DNA of 53,924 nt from Rickettsiales bacterium (lineage in GTDB: Bacteria; Pseudomonadota; Alphaproteobacteria; Rickettsiales; JABIRX01), in the NCBI GenBank assembly GCA_016780625.1, contig JADHLN010000002.1, positions 1-53,924 on the forward strand. Direction: 5' to 3'. Under the pieces are notes generated by a model. That model searched no databases, was not told where the DNA came from, and was given only the letters and a program-made list of their open reading frames with translations. Every line of letters begins with the position of its first letter. Position 1 is the first letter of the stretch. Of the stretch, positions 1 through 9,262 are shown in pieces. The position numbers and the translations under genes are program-made.

Positions 1-270
1 TGCTGCAGCATTTATTAGGCAGTCAATTTGTTGGAATTTATCAACAGTAAATTTAAATAAATTTTTAATATCATTAATGTTAGCAACATCACATTGTTGG
101 AATTCAATGCTGTTATTTTGGTCTATCTCTTTTATTTCTTTTTTAGCTTGTTTTATATTTTCAATATTTCTGCAAGCAATTACAACATTATATTTTTTTG
201 CTGCTAATATTTTTGCTGTTGCAAAGCCTATGCCTGTAGCTCCTCCTGTAATAATTGCGGTTTTATTCAT
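1..270 (-). CDS. short-chain dehydrogenase/reductase (SDR), N-terminal part only; continues beyond the window edge
   Basis: Not in the ORF track because it runs off the edge. Reverse-strand ATG at 270..268. The translation MNKTAIITGGATGIGFATAKILAAKKYNVVIACRN... carries the TGxxxGIG Rossmann motif of SDRs and stays open to position 1. Its start overlaps the hom stop by 8 nt (ATGAATAA). Confidence 0.7.
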   Translation of the reverse strand, partial: MNKTAIITGGATGIGFATAKILAAKKYNVVIACRNIENIKQAKKEIKEIDQNNSIEFQQCDVANINDIKNLFKFTVDKFQQIDCLINAAA

Positions 271-1468
271 GAATTTCAAATATATTTTGATGGTTTATGT
301 TGTATGAATCAGAAAAATTATTTGTTTTAAATTTAATGATTTTATTGTTTTGATAATCTGAGATTGAGTATATTATATTTAGCTCGTCTAATTTTCTTGT
401 AATGCTTTCTAATTCAATATTATCTTTAGCTATAGCTATAAATCTTTGTTCTATATCTAATTCATTACAATAGATATTTTTATTATTAAAATTATAATGA
501 TGTTTTATATTTCGTATTGCATCATTTATATCTGATAATAAAGCACTTGTAGTTGGTTTGCTACCAGCTCCATGACCTATGATATTTGTCATAAGGGCAG
601 GGTCACTTTCAATATTAACTGAATTTAGAGCTTTATTTATATTTTTTAAATTATGGTTTTTACCTATAAAGCATGGTCTAACATATTGAATTATTTTGTT
701 ATTTGTATTAATAGCGACTGCTAATAATTTAACTGAATAATTTTGATTTTTGGCAATTTTGATAATATCAGAGGTAATATTTTCTATTGAATTGATTTTA
801 ACATTATCAAATGAAATTTCTGTGTTAAATGCAAGGCTAGATATTATTGCAATTTTATGTGCTGCATCAATTGCTGATATATCAAGATATGGATCAGGTT
901 CTGCAAAGCCTTTTTCTTGTGCAATTTTGAGAGCCTTATCAAAATCGTAATTTTCTTCCTCCATTTTACTTAAAATAAAATTACAAGTTCCGTTAAGGAT
1001 GCCACTAATTTTTTTAATATTATTATTACTGAGATTATCATTAAGAAGTTTGATTATTGGTAATGCTCCACCAACTGCTGCTTCAAAAAATAAAGTGCAA
1101 TTATTATCCTTTGCTATATTAAATAATTCATTACCATGCTCTGCAATTAATGCTTTATTTGCAGTTACTATGTTTTTTCCTTTTTTTAGTGAGTTTTTTA
1201 CCAATTCATAGGCAATGCCATTAGCTCCACCAATAAGTTCAATAATTAGATTTATATCATCTATTTCTAATAGCTTTAATGGGTTATCAACCCATTCTAG
1301 ATTTTCAATATTTCTTTCTTTTCTTGTTGAAATATGTGTTACTATTTTTTGGACTTGATTATTTTCTTGATTATCTAATTTATTATTTATGTAATTTAAT
1401 AATTCAGAGCCGATTACTCCAACTCCTGCAATTGCTATATTATATTTTTTCAATTTAGCCTCATCCAT
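263..1468 (-). CDS. hom: homoserine dehydrogenase
   Basis: 401-aa ORF. N-terminal Rossmann segment IAIAGVGVIGSEL. Central GGALPII and ILNGTCNFIL motifs typical of homoserine dehydrogenase. C-terminal ACT-like tail. Confidence 0.9.
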   Translation of the reverse strand: MDEAKLKKYNIAIAGVGVIGSELLNYINNKLDNQENNQVQKIVTHISTRKERNIENLEWVDNPLKLLEIDDINLIIELIGGANGIAYELVKNSLKKGKNIVTANKALIAEHGNELFNIAKDNNCTLFFEAAVGGALPIIKLLNDNLSNNNIKKISGILNGTCNFILSKMEEENYDFDKALKIAQEKGFAEPDPYLDISAIDAAHKIAIISSLAFNTEISFDNVKINSIENITSDIIKIAKNQNYSVKLLAVAINTNNKIIQYVRPCFIGKNHNLKNINKALNSVNIESDPALMTNIIGHGAGSKPTTSALLSDINDAIRNIKHHYNFNNKNIYCNELDIEQRFIAIAKDNIELESITRKLDELNIIYSISDYQNNKIIKFKTNNFSDSYNINHQNIFEIHE

Positions 1469-2642
1469 TATTTAATAGAAAATTTTTAATATTTTTTGCA
1501 CCTTGCCTTATTCTATTTTTATTTTCAACTAATGATATTCTAACATGATTTTTTCCAAATGCTCCAAATCCACTTCCTGGTGAAACAGCTATGTTAGCTT
1601 TTTCAAGAAGTAGATTTGTAAATTCTTTATCTCCTATATGTTCAAATGCTTTAGGTATTTTGCTCCATATGAACATAGAAGCTTCAGGAATAGGAACTTT
1701 CCATTCAGTTTCATGAAGGATTTTACAAAAAATATCTCTTCTTTCTTTGTAGATATTTCGCATCATTTCTGGATAGTAGTCACAATCATTTATTGCAACA
1801 GTTGCTGCTACTTGCATAGGTGTAAATATTCCATAATCAAGAAATGATTTTATTTTAGTTATTGCACTAATAATGTTCTTATTTCCTGCGGCAAAACCTA
1901 TTCTCCAACCTGACATTGAGTATGTTTTGCTCATAGATGTGAACTCAACTGCTATGTTTTTTGCATCTTTAACTTGCAAAATTGAAGGAGGCATTTTTGC
2001 ACCGAAATAAATCTCTGAATATGCAAGATCTGAAATAATAAAAATATTATGAAATAAGCAAAGATCTACTAATTCTTCATAGAATTCTAAATCAACAATT
2101 TGTGAGGTTGGATTGCCAGGGTAATTAACGATAATTGCAAGAGGTTTGCTTTTTATTTTATTTAAATATTTCTTTATATTTTTTAGATATGTTTCTGGGG
2201 TTTTGTGATTTAAATGTTTTACTTTGGCACCCGCTATAATAAAGCCCCATTTGTGAATAGGATAGCAAGGGTCAGGTACTATTATGGTATCTTTTGGGCT
2301 TGTTATTGCTGTTGCAAGGCTGGATATACCTTCTTTAGAGCCTATTGTTGCTATGATTTCTGTTTCGGGATCTAGATCGACATTAAATCTTTTTTTATAA
2401 TAGTTAGCTTGCGCAATACGTAAGCCTTTAATTCCCTTTGATTGTGAATAACCATGTGTATTACCTTTGCTAGAGCTTTCTTTTAGTTTTTTTATTACTT
2501 CTTTTGGTGGTTTGTACATGGGGTTACCCATGCCGCAATCAATTATATCATTTCCTTTAGCTCTTTTAGAATATTTTTGCTTGTTTACTTCTGCAAAAAC
2601 ATATGGTGGCAATTTCGATAGGCGGTAGAAATTGTTATTCAT
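1461..2642 (-). CDS. PLP-dependent aminotransferase, class I/II (aspartate/alanine-type)
   Basis: 393 aa. Fold-type I aminotransferase motifs NYPGNPT and SKTYSMSGWRIGF (PLP-lysine region). Its TGA stop overlaps the hom start by 8 nt. Confidence 0.85.
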   Translation of the reverse strand: MNNNFYRLSKLPPYVFAEVNKQKYSKRAKGNDIIDCGMGNPMYKPPKEVIKKLKESSSKGNTHGYSQSKGIKGLRIAQANYYKKRFNVDLDPETEIIATIGSKEGISSLATAITSPKDTIIVPDPCYPIHKWGFIIAGAKVKHLNHKTPETYLKNIKKYLNKIKSKPLAIIVNYPGNPTSQIVDLEFYEELVDLCLFHNIFIISDLAYSEIYFGAKMPPSILQVKDAKNIAVEFTSMSKTYSMSGWRIGFAAGNKNIISAITKIKSFLDYGIFTPMQVAATVAINDCDYYPEMMRNIYKERRDIFCKILHETEWKVPIPEASMFIWSKIPKAFEHIGDKEFTNLLLEKANIAVSPGSGFGAFGKNHVRISLVENKNRIRQGAKNIKNFLLNNG

Positions 2643-3459
2643 TAATTATTGCGTTAGAGTTAGGAGTTGTTGGTATGATATCTTGAATAAAATCATTGCC
2701 CATTTTATTTGCAGGATTATTTCTAATTATAGCAGGATGTGCTTGATAGTTAGGTTTGTTTTTTTGCTTTTTTTGATATTGTGGTGTGAAATAATTTTTA
2801 TCAATTAATTCAAATTTATTGTTAGAGTATTTTTGCTGTTTTTTATTTCTTGTGCTACTTATTTCAGGAAATTCTTCTAGATGTGTAGTTATATCTTGTT
2901 TTAAAAATCTAATTTCTTTTAGATATTGTTCAATATTGCTAAATTTTTTAAAGCTTGCTGCTTTTTGGGAATCATAAGGATATTCCTTTTTAAATTGAGG
3001 AGCTATTCGATAATTTGTTGTGTCTGAGTCATATGGTAAAATTGTTTGATTTAGGTAATTATCATTCATGTAATAATTATCTATAGGTTCTTCACTATAT
3101 ATTAAATCATCTTCATAATATATTTCTCGTGGGTTTATATCAATATTTTCTTGAGGAAGTGGTTCATTAAAGATGGTTTGTTCGTTAGAAGCTTGTGGAT
3201 TAAATTGAGTAGGAGGGTTTTGCAAGTTAGCTTGATTATTTAATTGATTTATATTTTCAGGTTCATTTGTTTCTATTTCATTTAACTTATAGTTACTTCT
3301 ATATTTATAAAGTCCATTCATTGATCTGATATCTTCTTGCTGAAGATTTATATCATAATCAAGATATCTCTGATTAGGATAAGGGATGTTATTGTATTTT
3401 CTTCCGACATAGCAGGAGTTTAATATATTAATTATTAAAATAATAATTAAGTATTTCAT
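2635..3459 (-). CDS. hypothetical lipoprotein, N/Q/P/Y-rich low complexity
   Basis: 274-aa ORF with a lipoprotein-type signal (MKYLIIILIINILNSC). The remainder is N/Q/Y/P-rich and I recognise no family. It sits in an operon-like chain with 8-nt and 2-nt junctions. Confidence 0.5.
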   Translation of the reverse strand: MKYLIIILIINILNSCYVGRKYNNIPYPNQRYLDYDINLQQEDIRSMNGLYKYRSNYKLNEIETNEPENINQLNNQANLQNPPTQFNPQASNEQTIFNEPLPQENIDINPREIYYEDDLIYSEEPIDNYYMNDNYLNQTILPYDSDTTNYRIAPQFKKEYPYDSQKAASFKKFSNIEQYLKEIRFLKQDITTHLEEFPEISSTRNKKQQKYSNNKFELIDKNYFTPQYQKKQKNKPNYQAHPAIIRNNPANKMGNDFIQDIIPTTPNSNAIINE

Positions 3460-3461
3460 AG

Positions 3462-4058
3462 CTATTTATTGTGAATAATGATGGTTTTGTTAAAACCTTG
3501 ATTTGCAAGTTGTTTTTTTACTTCTTCAGCTTCAACTAACGAAGTTAGTGGTCCAATCTTTACTTTAGTTATTTGTTTATTATCAAGTTGTGATTTTTCT
3601 GTTTGGATTTTGCTATATTTTTTTTGTAATTTTAATAAAATATTATTTGCATTTTCTTGAACTGAGTATGCGCCAACTTGTACAAAAAAATAATTTTTGT
3701 TTTTTATTTGCTTTTCTGATGCTGGTTTTGATTTGCTTTTAGTAGTTATTTCTTGTTTTATTTTTTTGATATTGTTATTAGCAATTTCGTCTTTAATAAT
3801 TAGGTTGTTTTTGCTATTAAATAAAGTTTGGTAAAAGCTTGTTTTTTTATTATTTTTTTGCTCAGTAAATTGAGGCTTAACTTTAGGTTTTGTATTTTCT
3901 TCAATTTCCTTTGAAATTTTTTTAGCTTGTATTTTTTGAAGCATTATTATGTTTTTCGCTGGTTTTCTCTTAATGAGATCATTATTGTTTGAATAACAAG
4001 AACTAATAAATATAAATAGAATTATTAAATAGTTTTTATTTGAAAAAAAAATCTTCAT
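3462..4058 (-). CDS. SPOR-domain lipoprotein (septal peptidoglycan binding)
   Basis: 198 aa. Lipobox FIFISSC, a K-rich linker, and a C-terminal FFVQVGAYSVQENANNILLKL...IGPLTSLVEAEEVKKQL segment that matches the SPOR repeat pattern. Confidence 0.65.
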   Translation of the reverse strand: MKIFFSNKNYLIILFIFISSCYSNNNDLIKRKPAKNIIMLQKIQAKKISKEIEENTKPKVKPQFTEQKNNKKTSFYQTLFNSKNNLIIKDEIANNNIKKIKQEITTKSKSKPASEKQIKNKNYFFVQVGAYSVQENANNILLKLQKKYSKIQTEKSQLDNKQITKVKIGPLTSLVEAEEVKKQLANQGFNKTIIIHNK

Positions 4059-4112
4059 ATGATTGCCCTTTTAATTGATTAATATAATCTAACTCTTTAA
4101 ATAACAAGTTTT

Positions 4113-4880
4113 ATGGATATTTTTTTTTTAATTATCTGGTATTTGATACCTGTTATATTTGCTCTTGGTTATGGTAGTTTTGCAACAATGGCTGTTTATA
4201 GGATACCTAATGGTCAAGCTTGGTTTGGAAAAAAGCCATTTTGCCCCAATTGTTTGCATGATTTAAAATTTCTTGATTATATATCTCTTATTTCTGTGTT
4301 TTTATTTAAAGGTAAATGTAGATATTGTAAGGCAAAATATGGTTATAAAAATATATATTTTGTTACAGAGTTATTAATATTTATTTATCTAATGATTAAT
4401 TTTCTTCTTTATGGTTTTTCTGATATATATTTACTTAACTCAGCTATAATTATATGTGCTGTAATCTGGTTAATCATATATTTTAATGAACAAAAAAATA
4501 TCTCTATATTTCTTACTTGCATGTTTTTCTTTGCGATAATTAGGGATGTTTTAATAAATAATGATATTTTTAATTCCTTATTTGCAATTATTTTATTTGT
4601 TTTATATGGGGTTTTTGCAAGGGCTTTAATATTTTTATTTAGAGATAAAAAGCAATGTTTTGATTTTATGCGATATAGTGATAAAGGTAAATTTTCTGCA
4701 GAGAGTTTCTTATTTGTTAAAATTCTTGCAATCACAGGTGCTATAATTGGTTTAGGGAATCTTAGTTTATGGTTATTTTTATTACCATTTTTATGTTTGT
4801 TAATATTTAAAAAACTTAGATATTCTCTTACTATTTTAATTAATTTTAATATTATTTTGTTATTTTTGCATCATGCTTAA
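4113..4880 (+). CDS. prepilin peptidase (A24)-like polytopic membrane protein, catalytic motifs possibly degenerate
   Basis: 255 aa. The N-terminus GSFATMAVYRIP...CPNC...GKCRYCKAKYGYKNIYFVTELL mirrors the PilD four-Cys region, followed by several TM segments. I cannot find an intact GxGD motif. Confidence 0.55.
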   Translation: MDIFFLIIWYLIPVIFALGYGSFATMAVYRIPNGQAWFGKKPFCPNCLHDLKFLDYISLISVFLFKGKCRYCKAKYGYKNIYFVTELLIFIYLMINFLLYGFSDIYLLNSAIIICAVIWLIIYFNEQKNISIFLTCMFFFAIIRDVLINNDIFNSLFAIILFVLYGVFARALIFLFRDKKQCFDFMRYSDKGKFSAESFLFVKILAITGAIIGLGNLSLWLFLLPFLCLLIFKKLRYSLTILINFNIILLFLHHA

Positions 4881-6327
4881 AATTAATAACTTAGTGTTAA
4901 AACATAAAAATAAGATTATAGTTAATAATGTTAGTTTTGCTTTAAAAGAATCAGAGCAAGTTACTATTATTGGTAAGAGTGGTTCTGGTAAATCTCTTTT
5001 GGTTCGATCTATATTAAATTTGAACGATCGCAAAGTTTTTTCATATCAAATAGATTCCTTAATTGAATATCAAGGAAAAAATCTTCTTAATATATCAGAA
5101 AAAAATCTTAGAAATATAAGAGGGAAAGAGATTAGTATGGTTTTTCAAGATCCTTTTTTATCTCTTAATCCATCACATGATATTTTAAAACAATTAAAAG
5201 AAATGTTTTTAATACATAATATTTCTGAGGCTGATATTGAAAAGCAAATTGCTCAGATTATGAAAGATGTTGGGTTAGAAATATTTCTGCAAGATAAATG
5301 TAAAATTTTTCCTCATCAATTATCTGGGGGGCAAAGACAAAGACTAAACATTGCTATTGCTGCAATTTTAAAACCCAAATTAATTATTGCTGATGAGGTT
5401 ACTACTGCTTTAGATAATGATAGTCAGAAACTAATAATTAACTTATTAGATGTTTTAAGAGTTAAATATAAGGTAGCGATTATTTTTGTTACACATGATT
5501 TAGAGTTGGCCAAGAAATTTAACTCTCGAATAATATTAATGGATAAAGGTTCTGTTTTAGCTGATTTAGCTAAGTTTAGTGAGTTAAAAAAAATTGATAA
5601 TATTAAAATAAAAAAGCTAATTGAAGCAAATGATCTTAAAATCTTAAAGCCTAATATAATGAATGAAGAGATTATTAAGGTTAAAAATCTTAGTGTAAAA
5701 TATGAGTCAAAAGGTTTTTTTTCACATCAGGATAATATAGTTATAGATAATTTGTCTTTTGTTATTAATAAAGGTGAAACTTTAGGAGTTGTTGGTAGAA
5801 GCGGCTCTGGTAAATCTAGTTTAGCTAGATCTCTTTTACGTCTACAAGATTGCTCTGGTATGATATGGTATAATAATTTATTAATCTCTGATTTAGATTA
5901 TAAATCTATGAAATTTTTAAGAAGAGATTTGCAAATTATTTATCAAGATCCTTATGCTTCTCTAAATCCTAAAATGAAAATATATAATATTTTATATGAA
6001 GGTTTAAATGCCCATAAAATTAAGAAAACTAATTTGCTAATTAAGAAAGTTTTAAAGGAGGTTGGTCTTGGAGTTGAGTTTTTAAATAGATATCCAGTTC
6101 AAATGTCTGGGGGTGAAAGGCAGAAGCTTGCAATTGCAAGATCTTTAATATTAATGCCCAAATTCTTAATATTAGATGAGCCAACAGCATCCCTTGATAA
6201 ATTTAGTCAAAAAGAGATTATAATGTTATTATTAAGGTTGCAGCGTAAATATCAATTATCTTATATGTTTATATCACATGATGTGAAGTTAGTTAAAAAA
6301 TTTTCACACCGTTATATAGCGTTTTAA
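4873..6327 (+). CDS. ABC transporter ATP-binding protein with two fused NBDs (Dpp/Opp/YejF-type)
   Basis: 484 aa. Two Walker A motifs (GKSGSGKS, GRSGSGKS), two signature motifs (LSGGQRQR, MSGGERQK) and two Walker B motifs (IIADEVT, LILDEPT). The start overlaps the upstream gene by 8 nt (ATGCTTAA). Confidence 0.85.
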   Translation: MLKINNLVLKHKNKIIVNNVSFALKESEQVTIIGKSGSGKSLLVRSILNLNDRKVFSYQIDSLIEYQGKNLLNISEKNLRNIRGKEISMVFQDPFLSLNPSHDILKQLKEMFLIHNISEADIEKQIAQIMKDVGLEIFLQDKCKIFPHQLSGGQRQRLNIAIAAILKPKLIIADEVTTALDNDSQKLIINLLDVLRVKYKVAIIFVTHDLELAKKFNSRIILMDKGSVLADLAKFSELKKIDNIKIKKLIEANDLKILKPNIMNEEIIKVKNLSVKYESKGFFSHQDNIVIDNLSFVINKGETLGVVGRSGSGKSSLARSLLRLQDCSGMIWYNNLLISDLDYKSMKFLRRDLQIIYQDPYASLNPKMKIYNILYEGLNAHKIKKTNLLIKKVLKEVGLGVEFLNRYPVQMSGGERQKLAIARSLILMPKFLILDEPTASLDKFSQKEIIMLLLRLQRKYQLSYMFISHDVKLVKKFSHRYIAF

Positions 6328-6333
6328 TAATTA

Positions 6334-6594
6334 TTAATATTTGTAATATCTAAAATTATTATAATTTCTATTTTTTATGTAATTTGAATCTCCTCTGCCA
6401 AACTTGCCATATTTCATAGCCCTTGGCTTTTTATTTTTTTCTTTTTGAGGATTGTATATCTCAGGATTAGAGTAGTTATAATAATAATCTATTGGAAGAT
6501 TACTATATTTGGATGTATTGCTATCTGAACAATTGCTTAGATTGCTAACTATTGTGATAATTATTATGATTTTTTTTATATTTGAAAATTTCAT
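6334..6594 (-). CDS. small hypothetical lipoprotein, Y/N-rich
   Basis: 86-aa ORF with a signal peptide and lipobox-like IVSNLSNC. The remainder is Y/N/K-rich and I recognise no family. Confidence 0.4.
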   Translation of the reverse strand: MKFSNIKKIIIIITIVSNLSNCSDSNTSKYSNLPIDYYYNYSNPEIYNPQKEKNKKPRAMKYGKFGRGDSNYIKNRNYNNFRYYKY

Positions 6595-6761
6595 TTTCTT
6601 GCTTAAATTATGTTAGTGAAATATGTGGAGATGTGAAAAAAGATAAAAAAGTAGCTTAGCAGCTACAACAAGCGCAAGAAAATTTTGAAATGTTTGATAA
6701 AACTATCTTTTTAATCATAATCAATATGGTTACAGTTTAAAATATTAAAGTCAAATTATTT

Positions 6762-7568
6762 ATGATAGAGAAATTAAACGTAAAATTATTTGTTTTTGCT
6801 GCCTATAAGGCAGAATTATATTTTATCTTTGATAAAAATAAGCTTACAAAAATTTCGCAAATTAGCAAATTTGACGTATATGTTAATAAAGCAGAGGATT
6901 TATATGTGGTAATTAGCGGATCTAGTTATTGTAATATCTCATATGCCGTTGCATATTTAGCAGGAGCAAAAATTATAGATAAGCAATCAATATTAGTAAA
7001 TATTGGTATAGCTGGGGCAAAAGATTATGAGAAATCTAGTGTTTTTTTAATAAATAAGGTAACTCATAAATTTTATAAAAAACAATATTATCCAGCAAAT
7101 ATAGTTGATAATAATTTTAATGTTGCTGAATTAATGACCATAATTGAGCCTGGTCATTATGAAGATAATAAAATAATGGATATGGAAGCTTATGATTTTT
7201 TTATGTCTTCTCTTAAATTTGTTAATTATGAACAAATATTTATTTTGAAAATAATATCAGATAATTCAAGTTCAGATTTAGCTAGTTTTAAAAAAGAGTC
7301 ATTGTCTGATTTAATCAATGATAAAGCTAATGAAATTATAAGTTTTTTCATGGATGTAAGAAATTTCTTTAATGATTATTATGCTGAATTTGTGCTATCA
7401 AATTATTACCATTTAATTATTGATAAATTTCATTTTACCCATAGTGAAAAAAATAAATTAGCAAAATTTTTATTTAAGTTAGAGGCAAATTCTGATAGTA
7501 AGACATTATTATTATTAGAAAAATTAGTTAGTAAAAATGAGTTAATTAAATTGATGTCTGATGTTTAA
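6762..7568 (+). CDS. purine/uridine phosphorylase-superfamily (MTA/SAH-nucleosidase-like) protein with a C-terminal extension
   Basis: 268 aa. By-eye PNP_UDP_1-type motifs: VVISGSSYCNISYAVAYL, LVNIGIAGAKD, MDMEAYDFF and LKIISDN. An extra tail of roughly 80 aa follows. The stop overlaps the radical SAM gene start by 8 nt. Confidence 0.5.
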   Translation: MIEKLNVKLFVFAAYKAELYFIFDKNKLTKISQISKFDVYVNKAEDLYVVISGSSYCNISYAVAYLAGAKIIDKQSILVNIGIAGAKDYEKSSVFLINKVTHKFYKKQYYPANIVDNNFNVAELMTIIEPGHYEDNKIMDMEAYDFFMSSLKFVNYEQIFILKIISDNSSSDLASFKKESLSDLINDKANEIISFFMDVRNFFNDYYAEFVLSNYYHLIIDKFHFTHSEKNKLAKFLFKLEANSDSKTLLLLEKLVSKNELIKLMSDV

Positions 7569-8544
7569 AAAAATCTTTATTGAAAAAAATATCATAGATC
7601 ATCCAAGAACTAAGCAGATTATTGCAAAATATAAGAATGCAGAAAAAGTGATATGTAATCATTATGGTGAGATATTTAATTTAAATAACCAGTCATTTAG
7701 ATTAAGTAAACAATCTAAAACCTTAATTATTGCCAAAAAAAATGGTAAAAAGCTTCTTCCTACGCCTGAAGGTTTTGGCATTGGTGGATCTGAAAATTAC
7801 TATTTCTCTCATATGTTGAATTGTTTATATGATTGTAGATATTGTTTTTTACAGGGTTTATATAATTCAGCTCATTATATATTATTTGTAAATTATGAAG
7901 ATTTCATTGCTGAAATAAAGGATTTATCAAATGATAATAATAAAAGATATTTTTTTTCTGGCTATGATTGTGATTCTTTGGCTCTAGAAAATGTAACAAA
8001 TTTTGCTAAGGAGTTTCTGCCAATATTTCAGCAATTAAATAATTCATATTTAGAATTTAGAACTAAATCAGTAAATATTAATCTATTTTTAGAAAGTGAG
8101 CCTATTGAAAATGCTATTATTGCTTTTTCATTTACCCCAGATGAAATATCAAAATTAATTGAGCATAAAGTACCTCCAGTTAATTCAAGAATTAGGGCTT
8201 TACATTTACTTGCTGCTTCTGGTTGGAATGTTGGCGTTAGGTTAGATCCATTAATTTATCATGCTGAATTTAATAAAATTTATGCAGATCTAATTAGTAA
8301 AATTTTTTCTAATCTTGATTTAAGAAAATTACATTCAGTTAGTGTGGGGCAATTACGTTTCCCTAAAGATGTTTTTACTAAAATTTATAATTTATATCCA
8401 AAAGAAAAATTATTTAATAATTTACTTACAAATAGAGGTAAATTAATATCTTACAATGAAGATCTTGAAAAAAACATGGAAGCTTTTATCATAAAGAAGT
8501 TAAATAATTTTGTTTCCAATGATCTTATTTTTTCTTGCAAGTAA
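7561..8544 (+). CDS. spore photoproduct lyase-family radical SAM protein (SplB-like, COG1533-type)
   Basis: 327 aa. CX3CX2C at residues 88/92/95 (CLYDCRYC), matching the position of the B. subtilis SplB cluster cysteines. Colinear by eye with SplB along its length, including GYDCDS at the position of the SplB Cys141 region. Confidence 0.8.
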   Translation: MFKKIFIEKNIIDHPRTKQIIAKYKNAEKVICNHYGEIFNLNNQSFRLSKQSKTLIIAKKNGKKLLPTPEGFGIGGSENYYFSHMLNCLYDCRYCFLQGLYNSAHYILFVNYEDFIAEIKDLSNDNNKRYFFSGYDCDSLALENVTNFAKEFLPIFQQLNNSYLEFRTKSVNINLFLESEPIENAIIAFSFTPDEISKLIEHKVPPVNSRIRALHLLAASGWNVGVRLDPLIYHAEFNKIYADLISKIFSNLDLRKLHSVSVGQLRFPKDVFTKIYNLYPKEKLFNNLLTNRGKLISYNEDLEKNMEAFIIKKLNNFVSNDLIFSCK

Positions 8545-8557
8545 ACCAGATAGTTAG

Positions 8558-9262
8558 ATGAAAATATTAGTTACAGGTAGTTCTAAAGGAATAGGAAAAG
8601 CTATTATTGATTATTTTTTAGCACAAAATAATCATTATGTTATTGGTATATCAAGGCATAATAATATTACCCATGAAAATTTTATAGATTTTAAATGTGA
8701 TCTTGCAAATATAAAGCAAGTGCAAAATATCTCTAGGGATCTTGTGAGTAAGCATAATGATGTTGATGTATTTATTTTAAATGCTGGTTTTGGTGTTTTT
8801 ACTGAATTAGAACAATTTAGTGATCAACAAATATTAGATTTATTTAATGTTAATGTTATTAATCAGATTATTTTATTTAAAAAATTATTACCTCAATTTA
8901 GAAAAAGAGATAAGGCTAATTTAATAATTATTGGTTCTGAAGCTGGTAAAAAAGGAGCTAAAAAATCTTCAATTTATTCAGCTTGTAAATTTGCTCTAAA
9001 TGGTTTTGCTCAGTCAATGCGGGCAGAATTAAGTTCTGATGCTGTGTCTGTTACAATTATAAATCCTGGTATGGTCAATAGTAATTTTCATGATAATTGT
9101 AATTTTAGAGCTGGAGATGATTTTTACAATAAAATAGAAGTTAAAAATATAGTATCAATTATAGATTATATAATATCATGTGATAATAATATGGTGTTTG
9201 ATGAAATTAATGTTTCGCAAATGAAAAAAGTAATTAATTTTCTTAATAAAAATGCTGCTTAG
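8558..9262 (+). CDS. SDR-family oxidoreductase
   Basis: 234 aa. VTGSSKGIGKAI Rossmann motif, NAG motif and YSACK (YxxxK) catalytic motif. Confidence 0.8.
   Translation: MKILVTGSSKGIGKAIIDYFLAQNNHYVIGISRHNNITHENFIDFKCDLANIKQVQNISRDLVSKHNDVDVFILNAGFGVFTELEQFSDQQILDLFNVNVINQIILFKKLLPQFRKRDKANLIIIGSEAGKKGAKKSSIYSACKFALNGFAQSMRAELSSDAVSVTIINPGMVNSNFHDNCNFRAGDDFYNKIEVKNIVSIIDYIISCDNNMVFDEINVSQMKKVINFLNKNAA

Noticed and set aside
6334-6594. RGD tripeptide (KFGRGDSNY) in the small lipoprotein, considered as a possible integrin-binding or host-interaction motif.
   Set aside because: A tripeptide is expected by chance, and there is no other sign of a host-associated lifestyle in the window.
6651-6666. 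Small hairpin GTAGCT-TAGC-AGCTAC in the 167-nt divergent region upstream of the nucleosidase-like/radical SAM cassette, and a nearby TTGATA-16nt-CATAAT promoter-like pair (6694-6721). I considered a riboswitch or operator.
   Set aside because: It is only a 6-bp stem with no flanking conserved-looking structure and no resemblance to riboswitch cores I know. The promoter-like hexamers are plausible but not distinguishable from chance in this composition.
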